Shown here: piece by piece, positions 39,053 through 52,300 of the stretch
Layout: each line of letters opens with the position of its first letter
How positions within the stretch are numbered: position 1 is the stretch's first letter
Source of the DNA: Dimorphilus gyrociliatus
Lineage: Eukaryota; Animalia; Annelida
Length of the DNA stretch: 64,000 nucleotides
Direction of reading: 5' to 3'
Assembly (NCBI GenBank): GCA_904063045.1
Contig: CAJFCJ010000020.1
Coordinates: forward strand, 1,170,916 to 1,234,915
Notes under the pieces: generated by a model
What the model was told of the DNA's origin: nothing
The model's database searches: none
The model's input: the letters and a program-made list of their open reading frames with translations, nothing else
Position numbers and translations under genes: made by a program

Positions 39053-39389
39053 AGAGAGAGAGAGAGAGAGAGACTAATCCATTTTTTCATTATTCCTGCC
39101 CAAGGTAGGGCAGTTGCTTCCTAGAAATACAAAATTGGAAAGGCGTTTCCTGTATTACTCTTTTAATTCTTTATCCAATAACACAAAGCTAACAACTTGT
39201 CCAAATAATGAAAATTTTTTAATGATATAAGTATCTTTATGTTGGAATCGATTATGAATTTGATTAAAATAAAATATAAATTCAGTAAAACATAGGCCTA
39301 ATTAGGAAGAAAAAACCTAATAGATTTCTAATAAAAACATATAACAAAACAACATAAACAATGGAGAGAGAGAGAGAGAGAGAGAGAGA
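39053..39389. repeat. Two (GA)n microsatellites (39053-39072, 39364-39389)
   Basis: About 10 and 13 GA units read directly. Confidence 0.9.
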
Positions 39390-39809
39390 AACTGGCTGTT
39401 GATCTCTTGTTATTTAATTTAATTATTAGTTTCATCTTAAATATCAACAAATGTCAATACAGAGTAGAGATTTAATACTATAGACATTTTTTTAAGGAAA
39501 GGTACAATCTACATAGGCTTCAGTTTGTCGGTAAATTGTCCGTAAATTGCATTATATAATGTGCATATTCATCTGTAATATGTGAATTATTGATGTATCA
39601 ATTTTTTATGAACTCTTAATATACTCATTAACATAATGGAGAAAAATACTTTTCGTTTTAAATTTTATTTCAAGATAAATAAATACGGAGAAATTCTTCA
39701 CACAACAACGCCATTGACTATATTGACAACGACAATAAAACATTTAATCTATTAATTTTCTAGTCTAAACCTGTCCAGTCGCTGTTTTTTAATAGTTTTA
39801 TTGAACTGT

Positions 39810-42048
39810 ATGAATAACATGGCCGATAGAGAGATCGCAAGAAAGAATTTCTTACAGCGAAGGCATAAGTCCTGGTCAGAGAAAGTGATAAAGAGTGACG
39901 CATTCGCAAAGTTCCGGAGTAAGGAAATGGGTGATATTCCGGAAAAGGACTGCACTCCAATGGAAGAATTTAAAAATGAAATTGATCTACAGGAAGATGA
40001 GCTTCCTTCAGCCATTCAACAAAAGCGGGAAATCGAAACAATTGATAATGAAAGCACTTGTTCATATGCGGGTAAACAATCTTAATATCCTTCTGTTTAA
40101 GATTAACTAAAAATGTATTAAACAATTAATGAAGTCATCTAAGAGAAGTGAAAGATTAAAATCAAAATATCTTCTTATATAAAATCGTTAGAATCAAAAC
40201 AACGTCTAATGATATAATATCTATTTTTTCGTTAATTATTCATAATTATTTTAACTATTAGAGAACATGTTTTGATTTATAAAGTAAAATTTCTTATGTG
40301 GCAAACACTGTAAAGGAATTTTGTTTGTTCACCTTACCGCTACTTGAAGAAAATATTTTAAACATGTTTGATATGCTGTATACAGACAGTATTTCTTTAT
40401 AGAGATATTGTCTTGAAATAGATCATTACGTGCCTATATTTATCTATAGTAATCTCTTTTCAAGTTTAATTTTTTTCTTTTCTTCTCTTCAGTTACTTTT
40501 TGACTAAAGTTAGGAGGATGAAAAGGAGGTCAATAACTGTTATCGTCTTATTAAATGATTTGCTATATACTCCTTTTCTTATCTTAAATAAATGTATTTG
40601 ATTTACTTGATTCATTTTTCTAACTATGTAAATAATCTTGATAACAAAGTTAAATAGACTTTATCCTCTTTTCTAGTTTCTCGGTCTTGGTATAAGAAAT
40701 GGGAAGATTATGTTGGAATATCGTCAAATTACGATCCTTCAATTCAATATCCGATTCCTGGACCAATTTGCATGGATATTCATAACGAAAGTAATAATGA
40801 GTTTATTAGCGAGGAGGCGTGGAAAATGTTTGTTAAATGGTACGGCGTAAACAAATTACATCATTTGGACAGGAAACATTTATATTTCAAGGATGAGAAG
40901 GTGTTTGATGTTTGTATTCTAACACCTTTCTCTGGAATTACTGAACACAGAGTAAAGAAGTTTAATAGGTTTGAATTTATTGAATTTTCATCGATTAAAT
41001 GTGAACAATCCTACTTATGAACTTTAGATTCGAAGAGATTGGCTGGGTAGAACTTCAAATGAGACAGATGTTTCAAGTTCTTGAAACTAAGGAGACCCGA
41101 TTATGGATAAGTGAAAAAGGGCAAATGCCCAAATTCAGGCAATTATTGACAAGATCCAGGTATAATTTTTAATAAAATTATTATAAAAACATTTAACAAA
41201 GCCAAATCGAACTCTTTAGAATGTTGAATGATTGCATTGTTAGAGATAAAACGTACATATTGGCAATTGAAGAATTGAATGAAAATCGTTGGACAACAGG
41301 AGAACCGGGAGCCCCTAAGGGCTCTCTAGAGAAATATTCGGATCTTGTGCAATTTAAATTTCCTAGTACTAATGCGTTTGAAAGTGAAATTAATAAACTT
41401 TTAAAGAATCTTTCTGCTGAAATGGCGGAATCTATTAGAAAGAGTACGGAACAGGTTGTTAAAAACTCTCAACAACTTATGGAAAGGAAAGAAGTTAACT
41501 TGGATGAAAAACTGAAGAAAGTTCTTAACAAAATGGAAGAATACGAACAGAAATTATCTGAAATTAAGAAACAAAAAGTCGATATAGACGAAAGGGAACA
41601 GAAGTTAAGTAAAAAATTAAAAGAATTGGAACAAAGGGAAAGTACAATCGATTTTAGAGAAAATAAATTTGAAAAGGAGAAAGAAGAGATTATAAATTTA
41701 AATAAAATTCTTGAATCAAAGGTAAAGTTAGAAGTAGGAGGACAATCTTTTTCAACTTCCCTTAATACTCTAACAAAAGAAGAGGATTCACTATTAGCAA
41801 CGATGTTTAGTGGATGTCATAAATTGCAACCGGATCAAGATGGAGTCTACTTCATAGATAGGGACGGAGTTCATTTCCGTTATATCCTAAATTACTTAAG
41901 AGATTCAACAATAGATCTTGGAACATTACCACAAGATATTTCTGTATTAAGACAAATATTAAGTGAAGTGAAATACTACAAGTTATCAAACTTTGCGGAT
42001 AGGTTGGAAAAGTTTATCAATTCATTCCCACATTCAGCAAAATCTTGA
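39810..42048 (+). CDS. DUSP + USP4/15-type UBL + coiled-coil + KCTD-type BTB (T1) protein; exons about 39810-40072, 40677-40968, 41028-41159, 41220-42048
   Basis: DUSP: YAVSRSWYKKWEDYVG..PGPI..EEAWKMFVKWYG; UBL: ELQMRQMF..KETRLW..LAIEELNE; BTB: VKLEVGGQSFSTSLNTLTK..DSLLATMFSG..YFIDRDGVHFRYILNYLRD; all junction phases compatible. Confidence 0.8.
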
Positions 42049-42536
42049 ATCACTTTTCTTTTTTTCCCTTTGATCACCAAAAACTCATTAACTGGTGTTA
42101 ATTACTATTTTCCCCCCTTTTTTTGGGATTTTATTGTCTAGTGATCGTATTCTGCAGGTTATTGGTTTTTTTTCTATATATATATATACTGTATATTCCT
42201 TATTTGGCAATAGCTATTCATAATTATACAGTTTTTATCAAATTAAGTTTATATTTGTCCAAAATAAACGACTGATTAGTAATAAAAAGAATCTACACTT
42301 GAGAGACTTTATTCTTATACTTTATAAATATCTTCTTTGGGAATGCTTAATCTACAGTAAAAGATTTTAGCGATATTTAAGATTGATCACTAATCATTTA
42401 AATATACCATAGCGCCATCTATAAAGGAAACAAGAAATTGAAGTAAGGATTTCCCACTAGGAAACCCCCTTCGAAAGCATGCTTGTGTACAAATTTTTTA
42501 AATTCTTATGTTCTTAAATAACGTTCTACTCTAATA

Positions 42537-43304
42537 ATGGAAAAAGAAAGAGAGCCTGGTTCGGCTCGTTTTGGAAATTTTATCAACTATTATTCATTCA
42601 ATCCACCATCTGAAAGGCTTAAATTAATAGAGAAAGATTTCTTAAAAGATTTCATATTTAATGAAGGAAAAACGATATATATTTTAGACATTGGTTGTAA
42701 TACAGGCGTATGTTGCTTATTTTCATTATTATATTCTTAAAATATCTTTAGTAATTATAATCTCTTTTATCTTTAGGATTTAACTAGAGAATTCTATAAG
42801 AACTACTGCCAAGAATATCAATGCAAAATTCTTGGTATAGACCTGGATGAGACTCTGATAGAAAGAGCAAAATCAAGTGCTGAAAATGGAGAGAATATGG
42901 ACTTTCAAACAATAAATATTATATCTGAATACGATAGACTATTATCCTATATGAAGGAGAAGAATATTAATAAATTCGATCTTATCAACTGTTTTTCCGT
43001 ACTTATGTGGATTCATCTAAATCATGGTGATGAAATACTTCAAATTTTTCTTCGGAATATTTCTCTTTTATCAGATAATATTCTCATCGAAATTCAACCT
43101 TGGAAGTGCTACAGAAACGCTCGTAGAAGAATGAAGAAATTAGATTGCAATAACTTCTCACAATTTGATAAATTACAATTAAAAAATCCAGATAAGAATA
43201 TATCAGATATTCTTCTGTGTGAAAATATAAATTTTATTAAAAAAAAGTGCCTAGGCGTTACACAATGGGGACGAAAACTAGTTCATTTTCAAAAAAATTC
43301 ATAA
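42537..43304 (+). CDS. BCDIN3D: RNA 5'-monophosphate methyltransferase BCDIN3D (2 exons)
   Basis: PGSARFGNFINYYSFNPP, LDIGCNTGDLT, LGIDLD, CFSVLMWIHLNHGD, EIQPWKCYRNARRR. Confidence 0.93.
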
Positions 43305-43629
43305 AGCTTATCAAAATATGCCTTGTAGTCTTTTTTTCTTGTTGTTTTGTTTGTAATTTAAATTCAATATATTTCGATATTAGAGTTAAGCTTAATCATA
43401 TCCTCGAAAACATATGATAATGACTAGTAAATCAATTATTCAGAATTTTGATGGTCAGATTTCAAATCAGACGAAGGTACATCAGCTGATTTCTGATTTA
43501 CCTATAATCTCTCATTAGTGATAATATCCAGTACGTCAGAAGGCATTATCTAAAGGAAATGTCAGATAATAAAGCATTCAAAAGTGGAGATTTCTGGTGG
43601 CTAACTTAGTTTAACGAGAAGCTTAGAAG

Positions 43630-45791
43630 ATGAAAATACCATTGTCTTTCATTATTATTGTATTTTTATTTAGTGTAGTTATTAATGGAGATTCAACTTC
43701 CTCCGATACTGTTGTAGCAACAAAGAGTGGTCTATTGAGAGGATCTGTAAAGTTAACTTCTAAAAATGAAAAATATTCAGAGTTTGTCGGAATTCCCTAT
43801 GGTAAATCTCCAACTGGTAAACTTAGATTTGCCAAGTCAGAACCACCTGAAAGATGGAATGGCATCAGAAATGCAACGGAATTCGGTCCACATTGCCCTC
43901 AACTTATTGCAATGTTATATCCTTTAATTGGTTATAGTGACGAAGTTAGTGAAGATTGTTTATCGATGAACATTTGGATTCCCGGAGAGGTTGATTCGAC
44001 AAAAAATCTTCCCGTCATGATGTATTTGTATGGCGGTGCTTTTTTACTAGGAATGGGTCAAATGTATCCCGGGCAAGACTTGGCTATTAATGGGAATGTA
44101 ATCGTCTTAAATATTAATTACAGGTTAGATTTAAATTACATTGTACAATGCATTTGTAATATTTTTCGATTGACAACTTATGTCTAATTTCATTAGGGTA
44201 AGTTCCTTAGGATTTCTTTCAACGATGGATTCTGCAGCTAAAGGCAACTGGGCTCTATGGGACATGAAACTGGCTTTAGAATGGATTAAAGATAATATAA
44301 AAGGTTTTGGAGGTAATCCAGATCAAGTTACTGTATTCGGCGAATCTGCTGGAGGTTCTGCTACTAGTCTACTGTCTCTTTCTCAGCAAACGAACTCTCT
44401 CTTTAAATCAGCTATCGCTCATAGTGGATCTGCTTCCGTTGAGCGTGACATGACTGAACTAACTCGACGACTAGCCGAAAGCTTCGGTTGCGATGATGAC
44501 GATAATGTGCAAATGATTGACTGTTTAAGGTAATTAAAATTTACAACTTACAGCATAAAACGATTGCATTATTCAAATCATTTGATAATTTAGAGAGGAG
44601 GATGCTGAAGACTTGGATTTATGGAGTTTAATTACTATGGGTGGAAGTGGCAGTTGGAGACCAGTTGTTGATGGTGAATTTTTAACCAAACATCCAAGCG
44701 AGTTATGGTCGGAAGGAGCCGCGAAATCAGTAAGATTTATGACCGGTAATTTGCATCATGACATGGCTGGCTTAATTATTTTAAATCCAGTTGGTTAGTA
44801 ATTAATACAATAGAATTGTTGTCATATTTTAAAAAAAAATTAAAAAAAACCAGGTTTACCCTACGGAGACGCTCTTAGCATAACGTCTACAAAGAATGGA
44901 ACTATAGCCTTCGTGAATGGTCTTTGTTCAAGTGCAAAAAACTCATCAGATGTATGCAAGGAGGTTTGGAAAAGATATCCTGGCATGGATGACGATGATA
45001 TGGCAAAAAGAACACTGGCAACTATTTACTTGGCAACAGATTGGGTATTTGGCAGCGGATCAAACTTTGAAGCACGAGCTCATTCAATGCACTCTGATGT
45101 AGGATCTTATATGTTTAACTTACAGCATGACATGTCATTTTTGGAATATCCAAATTATATAAATGGCTCTCACTTGGATGATTGCTATCCTCTGTTTGGA
45201 GAGCCTTTCCTCCTTGATATGAGACATTCTTTCTTGGAACAACAAGAGTGGAGTGAAGGAGACAAGCAATATACGAAAAATCTTAGATCTTATTGGTTAA
45301 ATTTTGTTAAAACTGGGTTAGCATATTCAATAACCTTTTCCAATTAGCACTGAGTAATCTAAATGAATAATTTTAGAAATCCAAATGAAGGACCTCATAG
45401 CGTACCTGCTAATTGGCCTACATACAATAAAAGTGAGAATTTGATCTTGAGAATAACCCAACATATGAGTCAATCGAGCGTTGAGCAGCTGGATGATAAG
45501 AAATTAGATAATTACAATTTCTTTAATAATATACAAAGAAACATAAAGTCTGAGAATGAAAACCAATCAAAATGTAATTATATAAATATTTCATTAATTT
45601 TTTCTATTGTTTTATCTTTGTTTGCAGTCGACCTCATGGAAGCCATATCTCAATTTCTTGAGAAGATGGAACCTCTTTTCCAGCAGTTTCCCAGTTTTGA
45701 GAAACGTGTATTAAACAAGATAAATAAAACGATCTCAAGAGTGATTAAAAATCGTATGAGAAAACACCTTAAACGTCCTAAGAAGCAATAA
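43630..45791 (+). CDS. Secreted type-B carboxylesterase/lipase (cholinesterase-like fold)
   Basis: Signal peptide; FVGIPYG.SP.G.LRF, SEDCL..NIW, YGGAF, GNWALWD, FGESAGG nucleophile, acid residue Asp (TGNLHHD), His in GSHLDD. Confidence 0.92.
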
Positions 45792-45858
45792 ATAATAAGT
45801 TTATAACAAATTTGAGAAAACTGTACTGTTAAGCTTTCAATATATAATACATTTTCCT

Positions 45859-47020
45859 CTATACTGATTCCTTGTCTGAATTTGAATTTTGCCTTTGTTC
45901 TGAATCTTCGTCGGCGGAACTATCAATTTGGGGATCTGCAGCAATTTTTGCGCCTCTCTTTCTATCCTTCAGATTACTTTTAAGCTTTGAACTTCTGTCA
46001 TCTTCCACTTCGATACGATTTGTTTTTAAGATAGATTTTTTCCTCGCCGGCTGTTCTTGATTACCCTTTTCTGGCGGTTTTTGTACGATCGGCAATTGCA
46101 TCATTGAAGTCCCCGGCATATTTACAAGACCTCCACCTTGCGATCCTAGTAGTAACTGTAATTGGAGTAAATGGGGATCTAACTGTGAAACTCCAAAGTG
46201 GGAGAAACTAGGGTTAGGATATTGTGGCATCATACCAGGCATACCCATAAAATTCATTTGACTTGCTTGTTGTTGTATTGACATTTGATTTTGCAACAAA
46301 TTTGACATACTCATCAAACTTTTTGCCAACAAATTTTCACCAGAATTTGATCGATGCATCTGGTTTATCTCCTCTATCTTCTTCCTCTTTGCCGACATTT
46401 TTACATTCATCATGGTATTTTTCCTTACTTTCTCATCTTCCAGCTCTTCTGATGTCTTTCGTACATTTTGCATTGATCTAGTTTGTGCAATTGGCTGCTG
46501 CTTCTGCGGTTGCTGATTCGGTTGCTGTTGTTTTGGCTGTTGTGGAGTCTTATTATCCTCTACTCTTGTAACAGAAGGAGCCGTCTGAGAGACAGAAGCA
46601 CGAGACGAAGTAGGAGTTTGCGACGATTGAATATTAATTTGTTGATTAACTTCATTGTCATTATTTAAAAGAAATTTTAACCAATTCTTTTTATATCCAA
46701 TATAAACAAGTAAACTAGAAAGGTGGGCTCACAAAGACAAATGAAAATACTAGTTATGTTTGTATAAATCATTATTAACAAGTATCTTGACATTGTGAAT
46801 CCACCTTATTAAACCAATTACTGAAAAAACTGATGCTATAATAAGAACAATCCCAAACATACTCTGTTCTTCATTCTCAGAATTATCAATAATATAAGAC
46901 GTTGTTCGAGGAAATCTATCAGCAAAAGTCTGTCTCCTAATAGTGGTGATTGTTGTTGTTGTTGTTGTTTTTGTTGTTGTTGTTGTTGATGTTGATACAT
47001 TGTTATGATTTTCATTTAAT
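45859..47020 (-). CDS. Single-pass membrane protein with Thr-rich stalk and Q/M-rich disordered cytoplasmic tail; 5' exons unresolved
   Basis: STSTTTTTKTTTTTTITT stalk; spliced TM FGIVLIIASVFSVIGLIS|LLVYIGYKKNW; frame continuous into the 204-aa ORF ending at 45859. Confidence 0.55.
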
Positions 47021-47941
47021 CTATAATTTTTCCATATTAATAAAAATCTAATACTCAAATATATTTAGTTTAAAAAGTTTAATAAACATGCAAACTAACA
47101 TGTCACTGGTAGAAAATGTCGTTATTCTCATTATATATAGCTATATCTATTCTTTATCATTCTTTAATTGATAATTGATTAATAGCTTCTTCTTTTTCCA
47201 ATAATTTGTTTGTTCGAATTATTTTCTCTTAATGTTTTAAATTGATAAAAATATCATTCAAATTTATAGCATGACTTATATTTTTAGGGAGAAAAGTTTT
47301 TTTTTTATTATATAGGACTATACCACCATTGATTTACTTTTAGAATAGTTAATTTATTTGTTAAATAAATCAATTGAAATTTATAAAATATTTCATTCTA
47401 TTTAAGCGTCGGAATACATCGAAAAACAAGTGGAAAGTTTTATGTCATTTCATCATTGCTCCAACTATAGTTTTTAAAATGGGTATGGCTAAATTTGACA
47501 TGTATTGACTATTATATGTTGCATTTATTCGATTTAAGAAAACAACCAAATAGATGGATTTTTTTTTTGTGAAAGAAATATTTAAAATTTAATTAATCAA
47601 TTTTGTGAATTGTATAACCACACTACATAGTAATCATTAACTATAATTTTCGTTGAATCTTTTATTAAAATTAGCCAATTAACTACAATAAAATAATATA
47701 AATTTAAAGAGATAAAGTAAAAGATAAAATTGACAGATTTTTTATAACATTATCTTTGTAGATTGGCTTTAATATCAATTAAAATCTATTAAAAGGTTGA
47801 AAATTTTTAGATCAACTTTCAGTTTTACTTTTAAAGTTTTAATCCTTTGGTGTTTTAGTCATATCCAAGTTGTCAACAATTCGGTCGTACAATTTTCTAA
47901 CCTTTTTTCGCAAAAACCTTTATTATATAGATTATAACCAA

Positions 47942-48951
47942 ATGGTACGCATTTACTTTTGGCTGAACAATTGCATTGATATCTTTAACTGCTTAATTTT
48001 CTTTTATAGTCCGTAGGACAAATTGTAAACCTTTTGAAGATGAAAGTGAGAATTGTACCGGCAATGGAAGTTGGGAAAAACTATATGTATTTACTAATTG
48101 ATCAGGCTTCAAAGACAGCTGCTGCAATTGATCCAGTTGTTCCAAATAAGATAGAAGAAGCCGCTGCTGAAGAAAAAGTAAAAATAACCCATCTATTGAC
48201 AACCCATCATCATGCAGATCATAGTGCTGGTAATGAAAGAATGTCTAAATTATTTCCTGGTCTAGAGATTGTTGGAGGTGATGATCGAATTCCAGCAATG
48301 ACTAAAAAAGTTTGTATTAATATTTAGCTAAAAATAGTTTATTATAAATAGTTATAATTTGATTTTGCGAATAGGTTGGAAATGGTGACATTTTCAATTT
48401 GGGAAATCTTAAAGTGACCTGTCTACATACTCCGTGTCATACCAAAGGTCATATTTGCTATTTCGTTTCAAGCGATTCAAGTGTCGAAAAAGGAGAAAAT
48501 GTTGTGTTCACTGGCGATACTTTATTCAGTGGGGGCTGCGGTCATTTTTTTGAAGGTACCCCTGACCAGATGTATAGAGCTTTGATAGAAGTGCTAGGAT
48601 CTCTACCAGACGAGACAAAAGTCTTCGTTGGTCATGAATATACTGTCAATAATTTGAAGTACGCCGCTCACGTTGAACCAAATAATAAGAAAATTGCCGA
48701 GAAGCTCCTCTGGGCTCAGAAACTCCAAGCTGAGGATAAATTTACTATGCCTTCTTCCATCGGTGAGGAAAAGCTTATAAATCCATTTATGAGAGTTAGG
48801 TAAATACGCTTCTATTAATTCTAGAAATGATCTGCCATATTGTTATTTTGATAATTTCAGAGAAGAGAGACTTAAAAAGTATACCAATGAAACAGACCCT
48901 ATTAAAGTTATGGGCAAGCTGAGACAAATGAAAAATGAATTTAAACTCTAA
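47942..48951 (+). CDS. HAGH: Hydroxyacylglutathione hydrolase (glyoxalase II)
   Basis: [62 protein letters not shown]; ATG|GTACGC first junction inferred. Confidence 0.95.
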
Positions 48952-49354
48952 GTTAATGAATACCAGTTGAATAAATTTAAAAAGTGAAATAAACTCAAGC
49001 TTATAATCATATGTATTTTGGTTAAGTACAAACTCAAGAGTTTCAGTTTAAATAGTTGCAGAAACATGTAGGACATATCTTTTAACAAAGTTTGAATATA
49101 AAATATCTAATATACAAGGTTGTTTTACAATATCAAGCAAAACTTTCCACTGGATGAAATGCTAATTTAGCGTAAAAAGAGAAGAAAACGTTAACTCAAG
49201 AATTCTCCTTATCGACATGAATTTTTAGTTTTTAAAAACAAGAGTAACAATGGGTTATTGAATTATTATTATTTACATTCTATACCCCTTGGTACCTATA
49301 TTTATGTAAAGTTTACAGATAGCTACAGATAGGTTCTCAGTGGTTAGATTTTTA

Positions 49355-52300
49355 TCAACGTCTAAGCCCTTCATCGTAACGTCTGCTCCTTATTTTGCGA
49401 TCGTCTGCATATTTCCTTTCTTCGGATCTTTTCCTGCGATAATTTCTTCTATCCTGATCTGAATCATTGTCACTATCGTTTCTTTTTCTATTTTCTTTAT
49501 CATGTTTATCATTTCGTCGACTATAACTATCTTTCCTCGGTTTATCCTCATCAGATGAGTATTTTCTAGCTTTCTCTTGATAATTACTCCTTCTATCAGA
49601 ACTTTCACCTTTTCTATCTCTGTCATCGTCGGAATCATATCTCCGCCTCTCTCGTCTTTCAAGTCTACGACTTTCCGACTTTTTACTTTCTGGTTCTTTG
49701 TCTTCACTATCATCACTATCATACCTTCTATTTTTTCTTGTATCTTTCTGCTCGTATCTTCGACTCTCTCGTCTTTCTTCTTCACGATCACTATCATCTC
49801 TTCTTCGTCCGTTGTCTTTATACTGCCGATCACGTCTTCTATCAGTTTGCCCACTTCTATTTTCTCTTCGAGCTTCTTCACTATCACGTCGCTTATTGTC
49901 TCTATTGCTGATGTCATATCCTCTGCGATCTGTTCGGTCATTTCTATCATATTTTCCATCTTCATCTGTATCACTATCTCTTCGCTTGCTTTCTTTACTG
50001 CAGTGCTCATTTCGTTTTCGGTCTGTTCGTTCATTTCTTTGATTTCTTCTATCTTCATCTGTATCACTATCTCTTCGCTTGTTTTCTTTACTATAATGCT
50101 CATATCGTTTTCGATCTGTTCGTTCATTTCTCTGATTTCTTCTATCTTCATCTGTATCGCTATCTCTTCGCCTGTTGTCTCTGCTGTAATGTTCGTGGTG
50201 TTTGCGATCTGTCCTTTCACTTCTATCAAATGTTCGATCATCGTTGGAATCGCTATCATATCTCTTTCTCTCAACATCTTTATCACGACGATCACTTCTT
50301 TGATTATTAGTCCTACTTTCTCGTCGGTTATTATCTTCTCGGTCAGATTGGTCGGAGTCGACATGTCTTCTTCGCTGTTTGTCTTTTTCCACGTACTTTC
50401 GTTTTTCTGACTTGGTATTTCTTCGATCATTTTCATCATCACTTTCGTTTCTCTTTTTGAAAGATTGTCTATCGAGCTCGTATCTCTTATCCCTTCTAGT
50501 ATTCTTTCGTTCTTCATCGACTTGTTTCTTAGTAGACCCTTTGCTCTCTTTATCATATTTGCCGCCATCGTACTTATCTCTCCCATTATCATCAGAATCA
50601 CTGTCATAATCATCTTTTCGCCTGTCGTATTTTTTAAGTTCAACCCGTCCTCTTCGAAGTTCGTTTTTCGGTTCGTCTGATTCATCCTCACTTTCAAATT
50701 TTAATTTGCTGTGATCTTTGTCTACTAATTGACCTTGATCCGAGTAATTTCTTCTATGACGTTCCCCTCCTTCATCACTGTCTCGCCTACGCCTGTCAGT
50801 ATCTCGACTAGGTTTTCTCTGTCGTTTATCATGTGAATATCTCCTTTTGTCAACTTGCTCATCTTCACTGTCGCTGTACTGTTTAGTAGCCATTGCCCTT
50901 CTCTGACGGTAGGCAGATTTCTCAGGTCGATCTTCTTTCTGACGCGATTTGATGTTTTCCTTCCGGAGCGAGCTTTTACGATTCTTCTTAGTTTTACGTT
51001 TTGCGCCAGATGACGATGATGACGATGATGACGATGATGACGATGATGATGATGACGACGATGACGACGACGATGATGATGATGATGATGATGATGAGTC
51101 AGATGATGAAGAATCCGAGTCTGAAGATATAGGTGTTAAAACTCGAGGTTGCATTTTGGGCATTTTTTTCAAAAACTCTCTTAATTCGTCAGTAAGGCCT
51201 CCTAAACCAATAGATGTAAAAAAATTGATTGCGAATCGTGTATTTCTTGGATTATCTTTTGGGAAGATTCCCTCAAAACTGTTTGACAGAGTTTCGTCGT
51301 GGAGTCTGGTTAATAGCTTAGGCAAGCCCATATGCTCAGCAAGGTCTTGAAAAAGTATTTTAATGAAGATTCTGCTTGAAGATGTTGTATCATCTTCATT
51401 TAGCCTTATAATTGAGAAAATTTCGAAAGATATCGCATCACTAAAAAACAAATGAGAAAAAAAACGGCCAACATTCCTCAACTTTGTTATTTCCAATCTG
51501 TGAATGGTTCCGTATTGCTCTTTAAACAATTCTTGAAAATGACCCACATACTCTTGTTTCAACATACAAAAACGCTGCCCCAACAAACCAAAAAACTTTT
51601 CATATGTTCGTTGCTGAGCGCAGCAATCAAGTATCATGCCGGCAACTTCTTTTTCCTGACCTGGTTTTAACTCCATTTTTAATAACTTATGTGCGCATTC
51701 TTCAAAGTCAAGAGAACTTTGAATTGTTAGGTAAATGGTTTTTCGTAATTCCACCAAGTTAGTTTCAGTTTGATCCAAAATTTGTGCTTCTTCTTTTTCT
51801 TCTTCTGATTTCTCAGATCCAGATCCAGATCCAGATTCATCTCCCGATCCGGAATCAGATGAAGACTCATCCAAAATTTCGCGACTGAGTGCCTTATATT
51901 TTTCTTCATTTATCGTATACTCAGAATCAAATTTAAAAACATTCAACATCTCTTCTCCTTCTATATTACTTTCTAGAGTCATCATGTGTGTGAACTGATC
52001 TTCTTCTTGAACTTGATCAAGATCTTCTTGTATAGCAGGATGGTCTTTGAAACCATCCTTACGAGTGGCAAACATTACCTCAATCATATATTGAATTCTT
52101 TGCTCAACTTGACCTTCATGTAAAACGTACCGAAGACGTTCAAATACTGCATGAGTTCCACGAGGAGACACTTCGGTGAGTTTTGCACCGCATTCACGTA
52201 AAAATCCCACTGCTACTTCAACGCTATCATTTGTTGGAGTTTCAAGAAGTAGAGTTAATACTTCTAAGGCCAGGATTTCGTGCGCCACCTGCTGATTTAC

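Noticed and set aside
38400-43304. Functional linkage of the iMet tRNA gene with nearby BCDIN3D
   Set aside because: The known tRNA substrate of BCDIN3D is tRNA-His, and proximity is expected in a dense genome
49390-50697. 435-codon overlapping ORF (actually the minus-strand +1 frame of CWC22) and antisense ORFs 49577-50410 and 49698-50042
   Set aside because: The R/D/E/K/S-rich tail has almost no NTA/NTG codons, so shifted and antisense frames lack stops by composition; no evidence of dual coding
50949-51350. Poly-Asp ORF on the plus strand
   Set aside because: Antisense reading of the CWC22 poly-Ser tract
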